A stretch of 64,000 bases of DNA from a virus (Duplodnaviria; Caudoviricetes): positions 96,001 through 160,000 of IMG/VR virus record IMGVR_UViG_3300026549_000037, one strand, 5' to 3'. Under the pieces are notes generated by a model. That model saw only the letters and a list, made by a program, of their open reading frames with translations, was not told where the DNA came from and did no database searches. Position numbers and translations under genes: made by a program. Of the stretch, positions 6,919-16,963 are shown piece by piece (position 1 is the stretch's first letter; each line of letters starts with the position of its first letter).

Positions 6919-7425
6919 ATGATTGATAACTATATGCCCACGACCTCTACTCAGGATGACCCTTTCCTGTTTGATTGTGATAATAAGTACTGCGATGGCT
7001 ATGAAGATGGTTTTCAGTATCTAATTCTTGAGGACGCTGGCGTAACTAAGGCAGAGCTTAAGCGTACTGACATTGATGCTTTTAATGTTCTTATTAAGCT
7101 CTTTAGTACACTTTCTACTAAGTATGTTGCTTTTGAAGACACCAAGTTCCATGAGCCTGTTATTATGAAGCCTTCTTATAAGGGTGCTGCACGAGTTAAT
7201 TTTAAGGATGGCGATACCTTTAATGAAGACGATGGCATTAAGCTCTCTCGTGAAAAGGCACTATATAAGTATCACCGTGACTTTGACCGAATCATTGCAG
7301 GTGCTCTTAAGGATGCACGAATTCTGTGTGCAAATCTTGAGCGTTATTGTGATAAGAATCACATTGACATTAGTAATGTTCCTTCCGTTCAGGAAATTCG
7401 TGAAACTCGTTACAAGAAGATTTAA
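6919..7425 (+). CDS. hypothetical protein
   Basis: SD AAGGAG, typical codon usage. Confidence 0.8.
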   Translation: MIDNYMPTTSTQDDPFLFDCDNKYCDGYEDGFQYLILEDAGVTKAELKRTDIDAFNVLIKLFSTLSTKYVAFEDTKFHEPVIMKPSYKGAARVNFKDGDTFNEDDGIKLSREKALYKYHRDFDRIIAGALKDARILCANLERYCDKNHIDISNVPSVQEIRETRYKKI

Positions 7426-7607
7426 TTAGTTAATGTTAGTAGATTCCTCCTTTCATAAAATAAAAATCAAATGACTAAGAGAGCGGAAATTTATCCGCTC
7501 TTTTAGTCTATATAAATATATACACTTACAAACTCGCAAAAATTTTTCTTGACATACAAGATATTGTGTGTTATAATTAAAACAAATCAAAGAAAGGAGT
7601 TTCAATT

Positions 7608-8078
7608 TTGGAATTAAATTATCAAGAAGTAGAAAAGTTTTATTCTGACTTATTGGACACTAAAACTCCAAAAGCTCAGAAATATCTTGTATATCAAACT
7701 TACGCCGAAGCAAAAGAAGCACAGGAAGAATTAAAAGATGCTGTAACTTATTTTCAGCGTAATGTTTATACTAAAGGATGTTCTTGTGTAGCACATAAAA
7801 TCACAGATGCGTTATATATTATTGAGTCTGTGTCTTTAATTGGAGAGCGTCCTCATTATTATCCTCTACTATGTTTTGAAGGGAATTATGAATTATGTCT
7901 TGACACAAAAGGATATACCTTTTGTACAACTAATTATCTCGATGCTATTCTTTATGGTTATGTTTATTTATATGAAAACACAGAAAACGCAGAAGAGAAA
8001 TTTAATTTTGTAAAAACTTACCTTTATTATGCTTCTCAAGAATATCTCAAGAAAGACGAGGAAAACAATCATGACTGA
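7608..8078 (+). CDS. hypothetical protein
   Basis: Upstream promoter, SD AAAGGAG, TTG start. Confidence 0.75.
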   Translation: MELNYQEVEKFYSDLLDTKTPKAQKYLVYQTYAEAKEAQEELKDAVTYFQRNVYTKGCSCVAHKITDALYIIESVSLIGERPHYYPLLCFEGNYELCLDTKGYTFCTTNYLDAILYGYVYLYENTENAEEKFNFVKTYLYYASQEYLKKDEENNHD

Positions 8079-8352
8079 CCCTATTTTAACTCCCGCTTGT
8101 GAACAATGGACTAAAGACCTTGCAGAAAGTGTGGAAAAAGCAACAGGCTTTAAAACAGCTTTTTACGCTACCAATGATACTACAGGTATTGAAGTAATTA
8201 GTTCGTTTGGGTCTATGCGAATTGACATGAGTTCTTATATGCGTTTTTGGCAGACTATTGTAAGTCCTCGCTATACTCGTAGTCAGGCTCTTGCAGATGC
8301 TACGAACGAATGTAAGAAATATGTTTCTTCTTGGACTAATCGTAAGCGCTAA
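8071..8352 (+). CDS. hypothetical protein
   Basis: Operon-coupled ORF; start refined to ATG 8071. Confidence 0.7.
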   Translation: MTDPILTPACEQWTKDLAESVEKATGFKTAFYATNDTTGIEVISSFGSMRIDMSSYMRFWQTIVSPRYTRSQALADATNECKKYVSSWTNRKR

Positions 8353-8918
8353 TGAAAAAGAAACTACCTATTGATTGGTCTGTAATAGAAACAGATAAAA
8401 CAGATAATACAGATAATACAAATAAGACAAATACCTCAGAAGAGCAGCAATCCCAAGAAACTCAAGTAAAAGAGTTTCAAGATAATCCTCCCCATAAATG
8501 TAAATTTTGCGGGAAAGAAATGGAAAAGATAGACGATGAAACATTAGTTCAAATGCCCCCATCTCTTATTAAAACTATTGGACAATATCATTGCGAATGT
8601 TCAGGGTATTCTAATTATTTGGCTACTGTCGTTGAAGAACAAAAGCTAAGAATTTATATTGCAAAAACAACCGAACAGATTAGAGCAAAAAGAGAAAAAA
8701 TTTTTTACGAATCTGCTTTTTGTAAAGATATAGCTAAACTTCAAAAAACAAAAGAGCACACGGAAACAGCTATAGAAAATTTAAAAATGCTTTCTCTTAA
8801 TAAGGAAGCTAAAAAGGAACATGGTACTCAAGTAGTAGAAAATTATTTTACAACTGCTAATCAATTCAATCAAGAAAGACAACAGCTTCTTGATTATTAC
8901 TTTTGGCCAACCTTTTAA
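8352..8918 (+). CDS. hypothetical Zn-binding / coiled-coil protein
   Basis: CKFCG...CEC, overlapping TAATG. Confidence 0.75.
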   Translation: MKKKLPIDWSVIETDKTDNTDNTNKTNTSEEQQSQETQVKEFQDNPPHKCKFCGKEMEKIDDETLVQMPPSLIKTIGQYHCECSGYSNYLATVVEEQKLRIYIAKTTEQIRAKREKIFYESAFCKDIAKLQKTKEHTETAIENLKMLSLNKEAKKEHGTQVVENYFTTANQFNQERQQLLDYYFWPTF

Positions 8919-8927
8919 GGAGGGATT

Positions 8928-9263
8928 ATGAAAATTTCAAAAATCACTTCTAAAATCAGGCAAGCCGCAGAGAAAATTTCTGATATGGTTAATAACATTG
9001 ACATAGGATGTTCTAATATAATTGCAATTATTGCCACTTTTCTTTTAGCGTCAATTTGGATTATTTGTGCTATTGGAGCGGTTATTGCTTCTTTCGGGCT
9101 AATTTTCGGAGCAGAATATTTTATTTTTGCTTTAGCAACGAAACTAATTTGTTTTATTTTAAAAGAAACATGGTTTGGTTGGAAAATAGCTTTCTTTGCT
9201 TATTTAATTGTCGTAATTTTAAGGACTATCTTTTATATTTTTCATAAGGAGACAACAAATTAA
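8928..9263 (+). CDS. membrane protein
   Basis: Several hydrophobic segments; directly upstream of the cell-wall hydrolase. Confidence 0.75.
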   Translation: MKISKITSKIRQAAEKISDMVNNIDIGCSNIIAIIATFLLASIWIICAIGAVIASFGLIFGAEYFIFALATKLICFILKETWFGWKIAFFAYLIVVILRTIFYIFHKETTN

Positions 9264-9264
9264 A

Positions 9265-10239
9265 ATGAATCTAACAACTCAAAACGGCGTAAAAATTATT
9301 TCAGGCTCAGTAGATGAATTTGCTATCAAGATGGTAAATTGTGCCAAGAAAAATGTAAAAAATCACAAGACTTATGTAAACGCAAACTTTTTTGCTGGAT
9401 TTAAAGAAAGCGGAGAATATTTTACCCTTCCTGTAAATCATCTTGTTTGTGACATTGAAGCTACTTCAGCTCCACTTGCAAAGTATAATAAGTTGCGCGG
9501 AAAGTTTGTGGGAGAAAAGTATTTTTACAATTCTTATGTTGCACAGGGCGGTGTTCCTCAGTTTTGTGGTCATGCGCTTACAACTTTTTATATTGAAAAC
9601 GGCAAACCGCATATGGAAGACCTAACTGAGCTACGAGATACTATGACATACGCCATTGCAGGTATTCCTCTCATTAAAGATGGCAAAGATGTTATGTGGA
9701 AAGATTACGTTAAGCCACAGGGGTGGACTGGCAGTGAACTTTATTCAACTTATCATATTCTTCTGGGACTTAAGCCTAATGACAACAATATTTATATTAT
9801 GGATTGGAAGTCCACTCGCAGTAATATGATTTCACCTTATGCCGAAGCTTATTATAAGTTTAAGCCAATGGGCTTTACTAATCTCATTAAGCTGGATGGC
9901 GGTGGCTCAGAGATTATGAAGTATGAGGGCAAAACAGTTCATGCTCTATCCGAAAACCGTATTATCAATGCGATTATTACTTTTGAGCGCAAGGGACAGC
10001 AGAATGAGTATGAAGTAAATACTCACAAGTTCCCCACTCGTGTACTTGTTCGTTGGTGCAAGGGTGATGATGTAAGTTGGATGCAGCAACAGCTTTGTAA
10101 AGCTGGTTTTACTTGTGATATTGATGGCAGTTTTGGTACAGGTACTTACAACACTCTAAAGGCTTATCAGAAGTCTCGTGGGCTTGAAGTTGATGGTAAG
10201 TGTGGACCTGCAACTCGTCAGCGACTTTCTCAGGAGTAA
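9265..10239 (+). CDS. phosphodiester-glycosidase (NAGPA-like) domain plus peptidoglycan-binding domain; putative cell-wall hydrolase
   Basis: NANFF and LDGGGS motifs; C-terminal IDGSFG...YQKSRGLEVDGKCGPAT (PG_binding_1 pattern). Confidence 0.8.
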   Translation: MNLTTQNGVKIISGSVDEFAIKMVNCAKKNVKNHKTYVNANFFAGFKESGEYFTLPVNHLVCDIEATSAPLAKYNKLRGKFVGEKYFYNSYVAQGGVPQFCGHALTTFYIENGKPHMEDLTELRDTMTYAIAGIPLIKDGKDVMWKDYVKPQGWTGSELYSTYHILLGLKPNDNNIYIMDWKSTRSNMISPYAEAYYKFKPMGFTNLIKLDGGGSEIMKYEGKTVHALSENRIINAIITFERKGQQNEYEVNTHKFPTRVLVRWCKGDDVSWMQQQLCKAGFTCDIDGSFGTGTYNTLKAYQKSRGLEVDGKCGPATRQRLSQE

Positions 10240-10341
10240 TAAAATAAACTTTAAGGTTTGTCAGGATTTTTCTTAAAAGGTCTTGACAAACCTTTTTTCT
10301 TTTGTTATAATAAACACATAAAAATAAAGGAGTATGATGTT

Positions 10342-10785
10342 ATGGAAATCGCCGCTTCTTATCTGGTAAATTATACTACTTATCAACCTAATTTTATTGT
10401 TGTAAGTGCGCCTGTGTTTTTGTGTGTCGGAGCTTTTGTAAGTCTCCTTGTTTGTGCATCTACCATTGATAACATTATCCGTCAAATCGCAACCAGAATT
10501 GGATTAGGTCTTTTTATCCTTGCTATTAGTTGGTCTTCTATTATAAACACTAAAATTGTAGAAAATTATCACTATTATCAGGTTCAGGAAATTTATATCC
10601 ATGACTATGATATTTCTCTTAAAACCTACATGGAAGATTATGAGATTCTTGACTCTACTCCTGTTTCAATTACAGTTCGTTCAAGAGATTGGAAGAACGA
10701 ATATCCCGAATTAGTTGGTAAGAAAACTGATTTCGACATTAAAACCATTGACGCTGAAAACAACCCGTTAGGAAAGGATAATTAA
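10342..10785 (+). CDS. membrane protein (2 TM)
   Basis: Hydrophobic segments; similar layout to 23939 and 25064. Confidence 0.7.
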   Translation: MEIAASYLVNYTTYQPNFIVVSAPVFLCVGAFVSLLVCASTIDNIIRQIATRIGLGLFILAISWSSIINTKIVENYHYYQVQEIYIHDYDISLKTYMEDYEILDSTPVSITVRSRDWKNEYPELVGKKTDFDIKTIDAENNPLGKDN

Positions 10786-10786
10786 A

Positions 10787-11200
10787 ATGGTTTACGAATA
10801 CACTACGACAGTTAATTTTCCTCTTGTAAGTTATACTACCGCTGGGTGGTATACAACTATAAAAGCAATTAAAAATATGATAAGATATTATAATGGACAT
10901 AAAAATTGCAGAGCTCCTGTAGTAATCGAGACAGAAACGGGAGATAAAGTCGTTGGAACTGTTGACTCTTCTAAAAGAATAATTTTTGAGGGTATTGTAG
11001 AAGAGGGTTGTTTTTGTCACGTTAAAATTCCCGTTCTTTTGCGGACTGATTTTAATATAGACCAGCTCAATTATTTTGTTGCAATAGACCTTTATAAAGT
11101 AGAAAGAGATTTTCTTTATTATAATATGCTTAATTCCTTTAAAATTCAACAAGTTGTTATTGTCCCCAAAAAAACGAAGGAGAATAAAAATGAGTTATGA
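10787..11200 (+). CDS. hypothetical protein
   Basis: ORF with SD. Confidence 0.7.
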   Translation: MVYEYTTTVNFPLVSYTTAGWYTTIKAIKNMIRYYNGHKNCRAPVVIETETGDKVVGTVDSSKRIIFEGIVEEGCFCHVKIPVLLRTDFNIDQLNYFVAIDLYKVERDFLYYNMLNSFKIQQVVIVPKKTKENKNEL

Positions 11201-11564
11201 TATTAGTTTTCGAGTAAAGGTTGAGGGCTTAGATAATGTATATGTCGAGCCTTATGGTGATAACACCGATGCAAATATTACTTGGAATGTTCGAGAAATG
11301 ATTATTAAGTCTACAGGACTTAAGAATTGGTGCGCTGAGGGTTGTCTTGGACTTTGTAAGGATATTATTCCACACATTGCAAATGGTTTGGCAGAGCTTG
11401 AAAAGTATCCCGAAAAGTATAAGCAATATGAATCCCCAAATGGTTGGGGAACTGTAAAAGGACTTAAACATTTCTTTGCTTGGATTATTAATGACTGGAC
11501 TTCATATTGCGAAGATTATTCTACAGAAAACCTTGCAGACGTAACATATTTTTATATTTGTTAA
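11190..11564 (+). CDS. hypothetical phage protein
   Basis: MSYDI...NITWN...SPNGWGT; SD AAGGAG. Confidence 0.8.
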   Translation: MSYDISFRVKVEGLDNVYVEPYGDNTDANITWNVREMIIKSTGLKNWCAEGCLGLCKDIIPHIANGLAELEKYPEKYKQYESPNGWGTVKGLKHFFAWIINDWTSYCEDYSTENLADVTYFYIC

Positions 11565-11577
11565 AAGGAGAAATTAA

Positions 11578-11844
11578 ATGAATTTCTTTGAAGAAAAAAC
11601 TGACATCTACTACGAAAAATTTTCTTTTTGGGCTTTTGCCACCCTGTTCACTTTAATTCAGTCCACACTTAGTAGCTATCCTCTTTTGTGGTATATTGTA
11701 GGTTGTATTTATTTTATTTTTGCTTGTTATTATCATTGGCATTATTTTGAATCTTATTATCATCTGCATGATATTAATGACATGAATAATTACACGGCTT
11801 CTTTAAGTCGCTGGATTGCGGAGAAGAATCGTGACCTTTCCTAA
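11578..11844 (+). CDS. membrane protein
   Basis: Two hydrophobic segments, SD. Confidence 0.7.
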   Translation: MNFFEEKTDIYYEKFSFWAFATLFTLIQSTLSSYPLLWYIVGCIYFIFACYYHWHYFESYYHLHDINDMNNYTASLSRWIAEKNRDLS

Positions 11845-12214
11845 GAAAATTCGAGAACAAGTCTATAATAAATATGATGGACACTGTGCATATTGCGGAC
11901 GTAAAATTGAGTATAAAGATATGCAGATAGACCATTTCATTCCTCAAAGACGATGGAATGCAGAGCGGAGTAACGATATTAGTAACCTAATGCCAAGTTG
12001 CAGGTCTTGCAATCATTATAAACGAGCTCATTCTCTTGAAACATTTCGCAGATATATTTTTGAAATCCCTAAAAAGCTCAAAGAAAATTATATTTATAAA
12101 ATTGGCTTGATTTATGGGAATGTAATTGAAAATGAGCATCCAATCAAATTCTATTATGAGGAATGTGAGGAAAAGAAGCACCATGACTTTAGCAGAACTA
12201 AAAAAGATAGTTGA
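11831..12214 (+). CDS. HNH endonuclease
   Basis: CAYCG...IDHFIP...NLMPSCRSCNHYK. Confidence 0.9.
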   Translation: MTFPKKIREQVYNKYDGHCAYCGRKIEYKDMQIDHFIPQRRWNAERSNDISNLMPSCRSCNHYKRAHSLETFRRYIFEIPKKLKENYIYKIGLIYGNVIENEHPIKFYYEECEEKKHHDFSRTKKDS

Positions 12215-12548
12215 TTCTTATTGTGAGACAAAGTATGTAACCCCTGATGAAGTCAATGTAATTATTACTTTGGAAGAAATGTCAATCGGACCTCGTGCTG
12301 GAACAGGGGTTGAAAGTATTTTTATGGGATTCGATTGGGAACATAATCAGCTTCGTATTCAGCCGAAAGAAAAACTTGTTCGATACAATAAACAGAGAGA
12401 TACTCCAAAAGATATTCTATATTATAAATTGCAGGACTTTCATTATTGCCCTACTTGTCAACATCCCCTAAAAAAGACTGAGACCCGCAATAATAATTTT
12501 TGTCCTTTTTGTGGGCAACGTTTTTCAAAAAATATTAAAGAGATTTAA
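12183..12548 (+). CDS. hypothetical protein with C-terminal Zn ribbon
   Basis: CPTC...CPFCGQ. Confidence 0.75.
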   Translation: MTLAELKKIVDSYCETKYVTPDEVNVIITLEEMSIGPRAGTGVESIFMGFDWEHNQLRIQPKEKLVRYNKQRDTPKDILYYKLQDFHYCPTCQHPLKKTETRNNNFCPFCGQRFSKNIKEI

Positions 12549-12565
12549 TTAATAGGAGCACAAAC

Positions 12566-12976
12566 ATGAAAATCAATCGTTATAAGCTCACTCCCGATTT
12601 TATTAACTTATCTCAAGATAAGCAGATTGAGTTTCTTCTTGCAAATGGATTTAAAGAAGGATTTTGGGGCGCTCAAAAAGATGAGAGAGAACATCTATGG
12701 TACAGTTCTAAAAATTTTGTTATCCATAGTTCAATTGATTGTAATGTAACGGTAGACCTTTTACATCTTGATGAGTGGAACGATTACGACTATATTGCTA
12801 TTGACGATGAAGATTTCGGACAGTATTATCAGCCCTTTTATGATTGCATGATTGGCAAAAAGCAAATCGGAAAATGGGAATTTATGGCAAAATGTGCTCA
12901 AAAATATAACGAAAAAATGGCAAAATTTTGCGACATTCAACTTCTTATGCTTGGAGAATATCCACAAGGAGAATAA
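12566..12976 (+). CDS. hypothetical protein
   Basis: ORF with SD AGGAG. Confidence 0.75.
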   Translation: MKINRYKLTPDFINLSQDKQIEFLLANGFKEGFWGAQKDEREHLWYSSKNFVIHSSIDCNVTVDLLHLDEWNDYDYIAIDDEDFGQYYQPFYDCMIGKKQIGKWEFMAKCAQKYNEKMAKFCDIQLLMLGEYPQGE

Positions 12977-13165
12977 AAATGAACAATGTTTTTGAATATG
13001 TGCTAAGTTCTATTGACTCTAATGATTTTTGCAATGCATATTATGATGCAAGCGCAGAAGAAAAGAAACTATTTTTTGAACTACTTATTAAGAAACTGTA
13101 TGATGCAGTATACTAACATTTTAATTGTTAGTGTGAAATAAAAATGTTATAATACCGAGGTCTTT

Positions 13166-13573
13166 ATGCCGTCTGAAAAAACGATACAATCTTATTTTGC
13201 AAAAGCTAAAAAAGCATCTGAGCAAGCAACTTATCCAAAACAGAAAATTGGTTCTGTTATGGTATATTCTGGCAAGGTGATAGCTGTTGGCTATAACACT
13301 TTTAAGACTAACCCTCTTCAAAAATACTATAACAAATATCGTTTTAGCTCTGACCCTAAAAATAATGGTCTTGTTCATGCTGAAACGATGTTGCTGCTAA
13401 AGACAAGATTCCTTGATTTAGATTGGAGCAAAGTCTCTATTTACACTTATAGGGAATATAAAGATGGTTCTTTAGCACTTGCGAGACCTTGTATAGCGTG
13501 TCAAACGGCTCTGGAAGAGCGAGGTATTATTAATGTATATTATACTACACCGAAAGGTTGGGAGAAATTGTAA
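13166..13573 (+). CDS. Zn-dependent CMP/dCMP-type deaminase
   Basis: GYN, HAE and PCxxC motifs. Confidence 0.88.
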   Translation: MPSEKTIQSYFAKAKKASEQATYPKQKIGSVMVYSGKVIAVGYNTFKTNPLQKYYNKYRFSSDPKNNGLVHAETMLLLKTRFLDLDWSKVSIYTYREYKDGSLALARPCIACQTALEERGIINVYYTTPKGWEKL

Positions 13574-13789
13574 TGATAGAGGTAATTAAAATTGCGATTT
13601 TATTCTGTTAAAATTACTATATCTTGTGTTTTCAAAATCTTCTGACCACAATATATTGTGGTTGAAAACAGGTTTTTTGACCGAAAACCACAATTTTTCG
13701 TTTTTATCTATTTTTTGCTCCTATTAAAAACGAATATTATCGAGAACAGGAAAGTTTTGCTGGCTGTAAGGACTTTAAGAGGTAGATGT

Positions 13790-13972
13790 ATGAAAATTAT
13801 TGTAGACACCATTCCCAAATATTCCTACGATTGTATTTTTTGTGGAAATAAATATTACGGCGTTTGCTCTATTAGCGAATGTCAATGTGAATTGGAGAAA
13901 AGAAAAGATTGTCCCTATCTTATGACTATTGATGATTATCTATCTGAGGAGAAACATAATGAGGATTGTTGA
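13790..13972 (+). CDS. small Cys-rich protein
   Basis: MKIIVD...CIFC...C...CP; SD GAGGT. Confidence 0.6.
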   Translation: MKIIVDTIPKYSYDCIFCGNKYYGVCSISECQCELEKRKDCPYLMTIDDYLSEEKHNEDC

Positions 13973-14204
13973 AAATAACGCTCCTGTAAAAAGAGAAAAA
14001 TGTTGGAATTGCAATTCTATTCTTAAATTAAATCTAACAGATTATGATACAGACGAACATTTTGAAAGTGACTCAACTTCTTATGACGGGAATTTTCATT
14101 CTTCTTTTATGACTTATTTTGTTTGTCCTTGTTGTCGCAAGAAAAATTATTGCGCTGTTACTATTGATGGTGAAAAAGCTGACCTTAAATATTTCAACCG
14201 ATAA
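13959..14204 (+). CDS. Zn-ribbon protein
   Basis: CWNC...CPCC; SD GAGGAG. Confidence 0.7.
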   Translation: MRIVENNAPVKREKCWNCNSILKLNLTDYDTDEHFESDSTSYDGNFHSSFMTYFVCPCCRKKNYCAVTIDGEKADLKYFNR

Positions 14205-14250
14205 TTAACTATAATAAATAAAAACTAACTTTTAATTGAGGTATTTTTAA

Positions 14251-14613
14251 ATGACACATGAACAGTTTAACCGTCTTGTAGACGAACTTGAGAATACACG
14301 AGTGAAAACTCTTAAGGAAAAGAATGCTCGCTATTCTCAGCCTGATGATGCACTTCACAATTTTGACGAGGGTGCTAAGATTATGTCTTGTACTTCTGCC
14401 CAGTGCGCTTGGAATTATGCTACTAAGCATATTATCGCTCTTCGTGATATGGTGCTAACTAATAATTTTAGTAATCGAGATGATGTTCTTGAGAAGATTC
14501 AGGATATTCAGAATTACCTAACCTTTATTTGGTGCATTTCTGAGGAAGAGCGTGAGAAGCTAACCACAAGTGACACTTGTGTTCAAACCGTTTCTGCTAA
14601 GAAAAAGAAGTAA
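14251..14613 (+). CDS. helical phage protein, possibly nucleotide-modification-associated (DUF1599-like)
   Basis: KNARY...DALHNF...KH...EKIQDIQNY pattern. Confidence 0.55.
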   Translation: MTHEQFNRLVDELENTRVKTLKEKNARYSQPDDALHNFDEGAKIMSCTSAQCAWNYATKHIIALRDMVLTNNFSNRDDVLEKIQDIQNYLTFIWCISEEEREKLTTSDTCVQTVSAKKKK

Positions 14614-14644
14614 AAATTTTTTTGAAAAAATTTCTCTATAGCAC

Positions 14645-14732
14645 TTGACAAACTATCTGTCAGGTGCTATAATCCTAATATCAAAACAAGCGACCGACTC
14701 AGCAAAACTCAAAATAAATTAAGCGGTCGAGA
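14645..14732 (+). promoter_or_regulatory. promoter plus CGAC-stem/CAGCAA element (copy 7) in the 5' leader
   Basis: TTGACA 14645, TATAAT 14668; CGACCG-ACTCAGCAA...CGGTCG-AGA at 14691-14732. Confidence 0.75.
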
Positions 14733-14744
14733 ATGGAGAATATT

Positions 14745-16442
14745 ATGTATAATAACATTAACAAGAATTCCAAGAAGAACTCTAACAAGGCTTGGTCTCC
14801 TAAGCCCGAAAAGCCTATGCGTCAGAAGTCGGACAAGGAGAAGTTCTTCGACAAGATGGAAAAGACTAACAAGGGCTTCTATGTTCGTGCGGTTGTTCCT
14901 AAGTCTTTGCCCGACAATATGACCTATACCACCAATGGTGCTGTGGCATATTCCACTACTTCTTCTGCTCTTCTTGATATGTTTACCAAGTTGGTAAGCT
15001 ACCGTTCTCTGGACGAGAAGCAGATTGTCACCGATTGGCGCAAGGCTTTCAATGAGAATCCTTATCTTGCTATGCGTTTCCTTGGCTATACGATGGACAT
15101 TCGTTGCGGTGCTGGCGAGCGTCGCTTCACTCAGATTGTCATTCGTGACCTTGTAAAGAATGGCGGTGCAAGCATTGCTGCAAAGCTCGTTCCTCTGATT
15201 GGCGAGTATTCTCGCTATGATATGCTTTATCAGTTCCGTGGCAACCCCACTTCTGAAAAGGCTGTCCGCGATTTCCTTAAGAAGCAGTTTGCTGAGGACA
15301 TGGAGAACATGAAGCAGCATAAGTCTATTTCTCTGCTTGGAAAGTGGCTTGATAAGCCCAATTCTCACTCTAAGCAGACCCGTGATAATGGTCTTTGGAC
15401 TGCAAAGCAGTTGAACATGACTGAACGCAACTATCGTAAGGCTCTGTCTGCTCTTCGTAAGTATCTTGATGTTGTTGAGCGCAAGATGTCTTCGGATAAT
15501 TGGGCTGCTATCGACTACGAAACTGTTCCCTCTAAGGCTAATCTTAACTACAACAAGGCATTCCTGCGCCATGATACTGAGCGCCGTCAGGCTTTTCTTG
15601 CTGCTCTCAAGACTGGTGAGGCTAAGATTAATGCTTCTGTGGCGAATCCCTGTGATATTGTCAATAAGTACATGAATTTGAGTGGTCGTTGGTATGGACT
15701 TCCTCAGAGGGCTGATGATACTCTTGAGGGTATGTGGAAGGCTTTGCCTGATATGATTCCCGATGATAAGGGTATGCTTGTCGTGTGTGACTGCTCTGGT
15801 TCTATGGAGAGTGGTATTGGTGGTAACACTAATATGCGTTGCATTGATGTTGCTATGTCTCTCGCCATTTATTGCGCAGACCATCTCAAGGGTGCTTTTG
15901 CAAACAAGTATATCACCTTTAGTGCTGACCCTCATATTGTACGCTTTAATGATAACGATAGCCTCTGTAACAAGCTTCGTAAGACTTGGGAGTGTCAGGA
16001 TGGCTCTAATACCAATCTGGAAAAGGTCTTTGACCTGATTCTTAAGACCGCTATTGACAACCATTCTCCCCAGTCTGACCTGCCTGAGCGCATTCTCATT
16101 GTCTCTGATGGCGAGTTCGATTCCATGTGCGATGCTAAGGTAAATCGTCATGGCTGGTACAGTTATCGTACTCCTGTTGACAAGACCTTTATGCAGGAGA
16201 TTAATCAGCGCTTCAAGAATGCTGGGTATAAAATGCCAATTATTACCTTTTGGAGAGTAAATTGCAGCAATCGTCTTGCCCTGCCTTTCAAGGTTGATGA
16301 CCGCGGTTGTATCATGGTTTCGGGTTATAGCACGAATCTCCTCAAGATGGTTTTGTCTGATAAGACCAATCCTATGGAGGCTCTTCTTGAACAGCTTAAT
16401 GTTCCTCGTTATGACTGCTTCGAGGCAGCATACAGCGCATAA
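14745..16442 (+). CDS. DUF2828-like protein (TROVE-like helical region plus vWA domain; Ro60-like architecture)
   Basis: TNGA...LLDMF, DIRCGAGERR, MIDAS DCSGSM, TN...VFDLIL, SDGEFD motifs; SD GGAG before ATG 14745 (alternative start 14733). Confidence 0.8.
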   Translation: MYNNINKNSKKNSNKAWSPKPEKPMRQKSDKEKFFDKMEKTNKGFYVRAVVPKSLPDNMTYTTNGAVAYSTTSSALLDMFTKLVSYRSLDEKQIVTDWRKAFNENPYLAMRFLGYTMDIRCGAGERRFTQIVIRDLVKNGGASIAAKLVPLIGEYSRYDMLYQFRGNPTSEKAVRDFLKKQFAEDMENMKQHKSISLLGKWLDKPNSHSKQTRDNGLWTAKQLNMTERNYRKALSALRKYLDVVERKMSSDNWAAIDYETVPSKANLNYNKAFLRHDTERRQAFLAALKTGEAKINASVANPCDIVNKYMNLSGRWYGLPQRADDTLEGMWKALPDMIPDDKGMLVVCDCSGSMESGIGGNTNMRCIDVAMSLAIYCADHLKGAFANKYITFSADPHIVRFNDNDSLCNKLRKTWECQDGSNTNLEKVFDLILKTAIDNHSPQSDLPERILIVSDGEFDSMCDAKVNRHGWYSYRTPVDKTFMQEINQRFKNAGYKMPIITFWRVNCSNRLALPFKVDDRGCIMVSGYSTNLLKMVLSDKTNPMEALLEQLNVPRYDCFEAAYSA

Positions 16443-16446
16443 CTCA

Positions 16447-16473
16447 AAAGGGTAGGTTTTCCTACCCTTTTTC
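16447..16473 (+). terminator. intrinsic terminator
   Basis: AAAGGGTAGG-TTTT-CCTACCCTTT followed by T-run. Confidence 0.8.
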
Positions 16474-16492
16474 TCTAAAAGGAGAATACTTA

Positions 16493-16963
16493 ATGTTTGA
16501 TAAAACCTATCTTTTATCTCCTCAAGGACAAGCAGATTATAAAGCTTGGATTAAAAAACTAACAGATATTGCCGCAAAAGAAGCTGGCGTTTCTGCAACA
16601 ATAGATAACGATGGAGAACCTGTTCTTATGCTTATCCGAGGAAGTGACCATGTACCAGAGAAGCTAAGAGATAAAAACGCAAATCTTTATGTAATTAAAG
16701 TCACAATTGAAATTAAAGATATTCTTATGCGAGAACTTGAAGAAGTTGAAGCAACAATCAGAAACTACAACTTCCCAAAAGAAGCTCTTCCAGAAGTATA
16801 CGAAGGTGTAGAAGAATCTATTATCTCTTTTTTAAAAACTCGTTTTATTGAACGAGAAGAAATTCTTCGTAAGGCAGAAGAAGAAAACAAATTCCAAATT
16901 TATGACTTCTTTGATAAGGAGGATAAGACCGATGAAAATTCAGCAGGTAACAAACAATCCTGA
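16493..16963 (+). CDS. hypothetical protein
   Basis: ORF with SD. Confidence 0.75.
   Translation: MFDKTYLLSPQGQADYKAWIKKLTDIAAKEAGVSATIDNDGEPVLMLIRGSDHVPEKLRDKNANLYVIKVTIEIKDILMRELEEVEATIRNYNFPKEALPEVYEGVEESIISFLKTRFIEREEILRKAEEENKFQIYDFFDKEDKTDENSAGNKQS

Noticed and set aside
14709-16151. 480-aa - strand ORF
   Set aside because: Antisense shadow of the motif-bearing DUF2828-like gene
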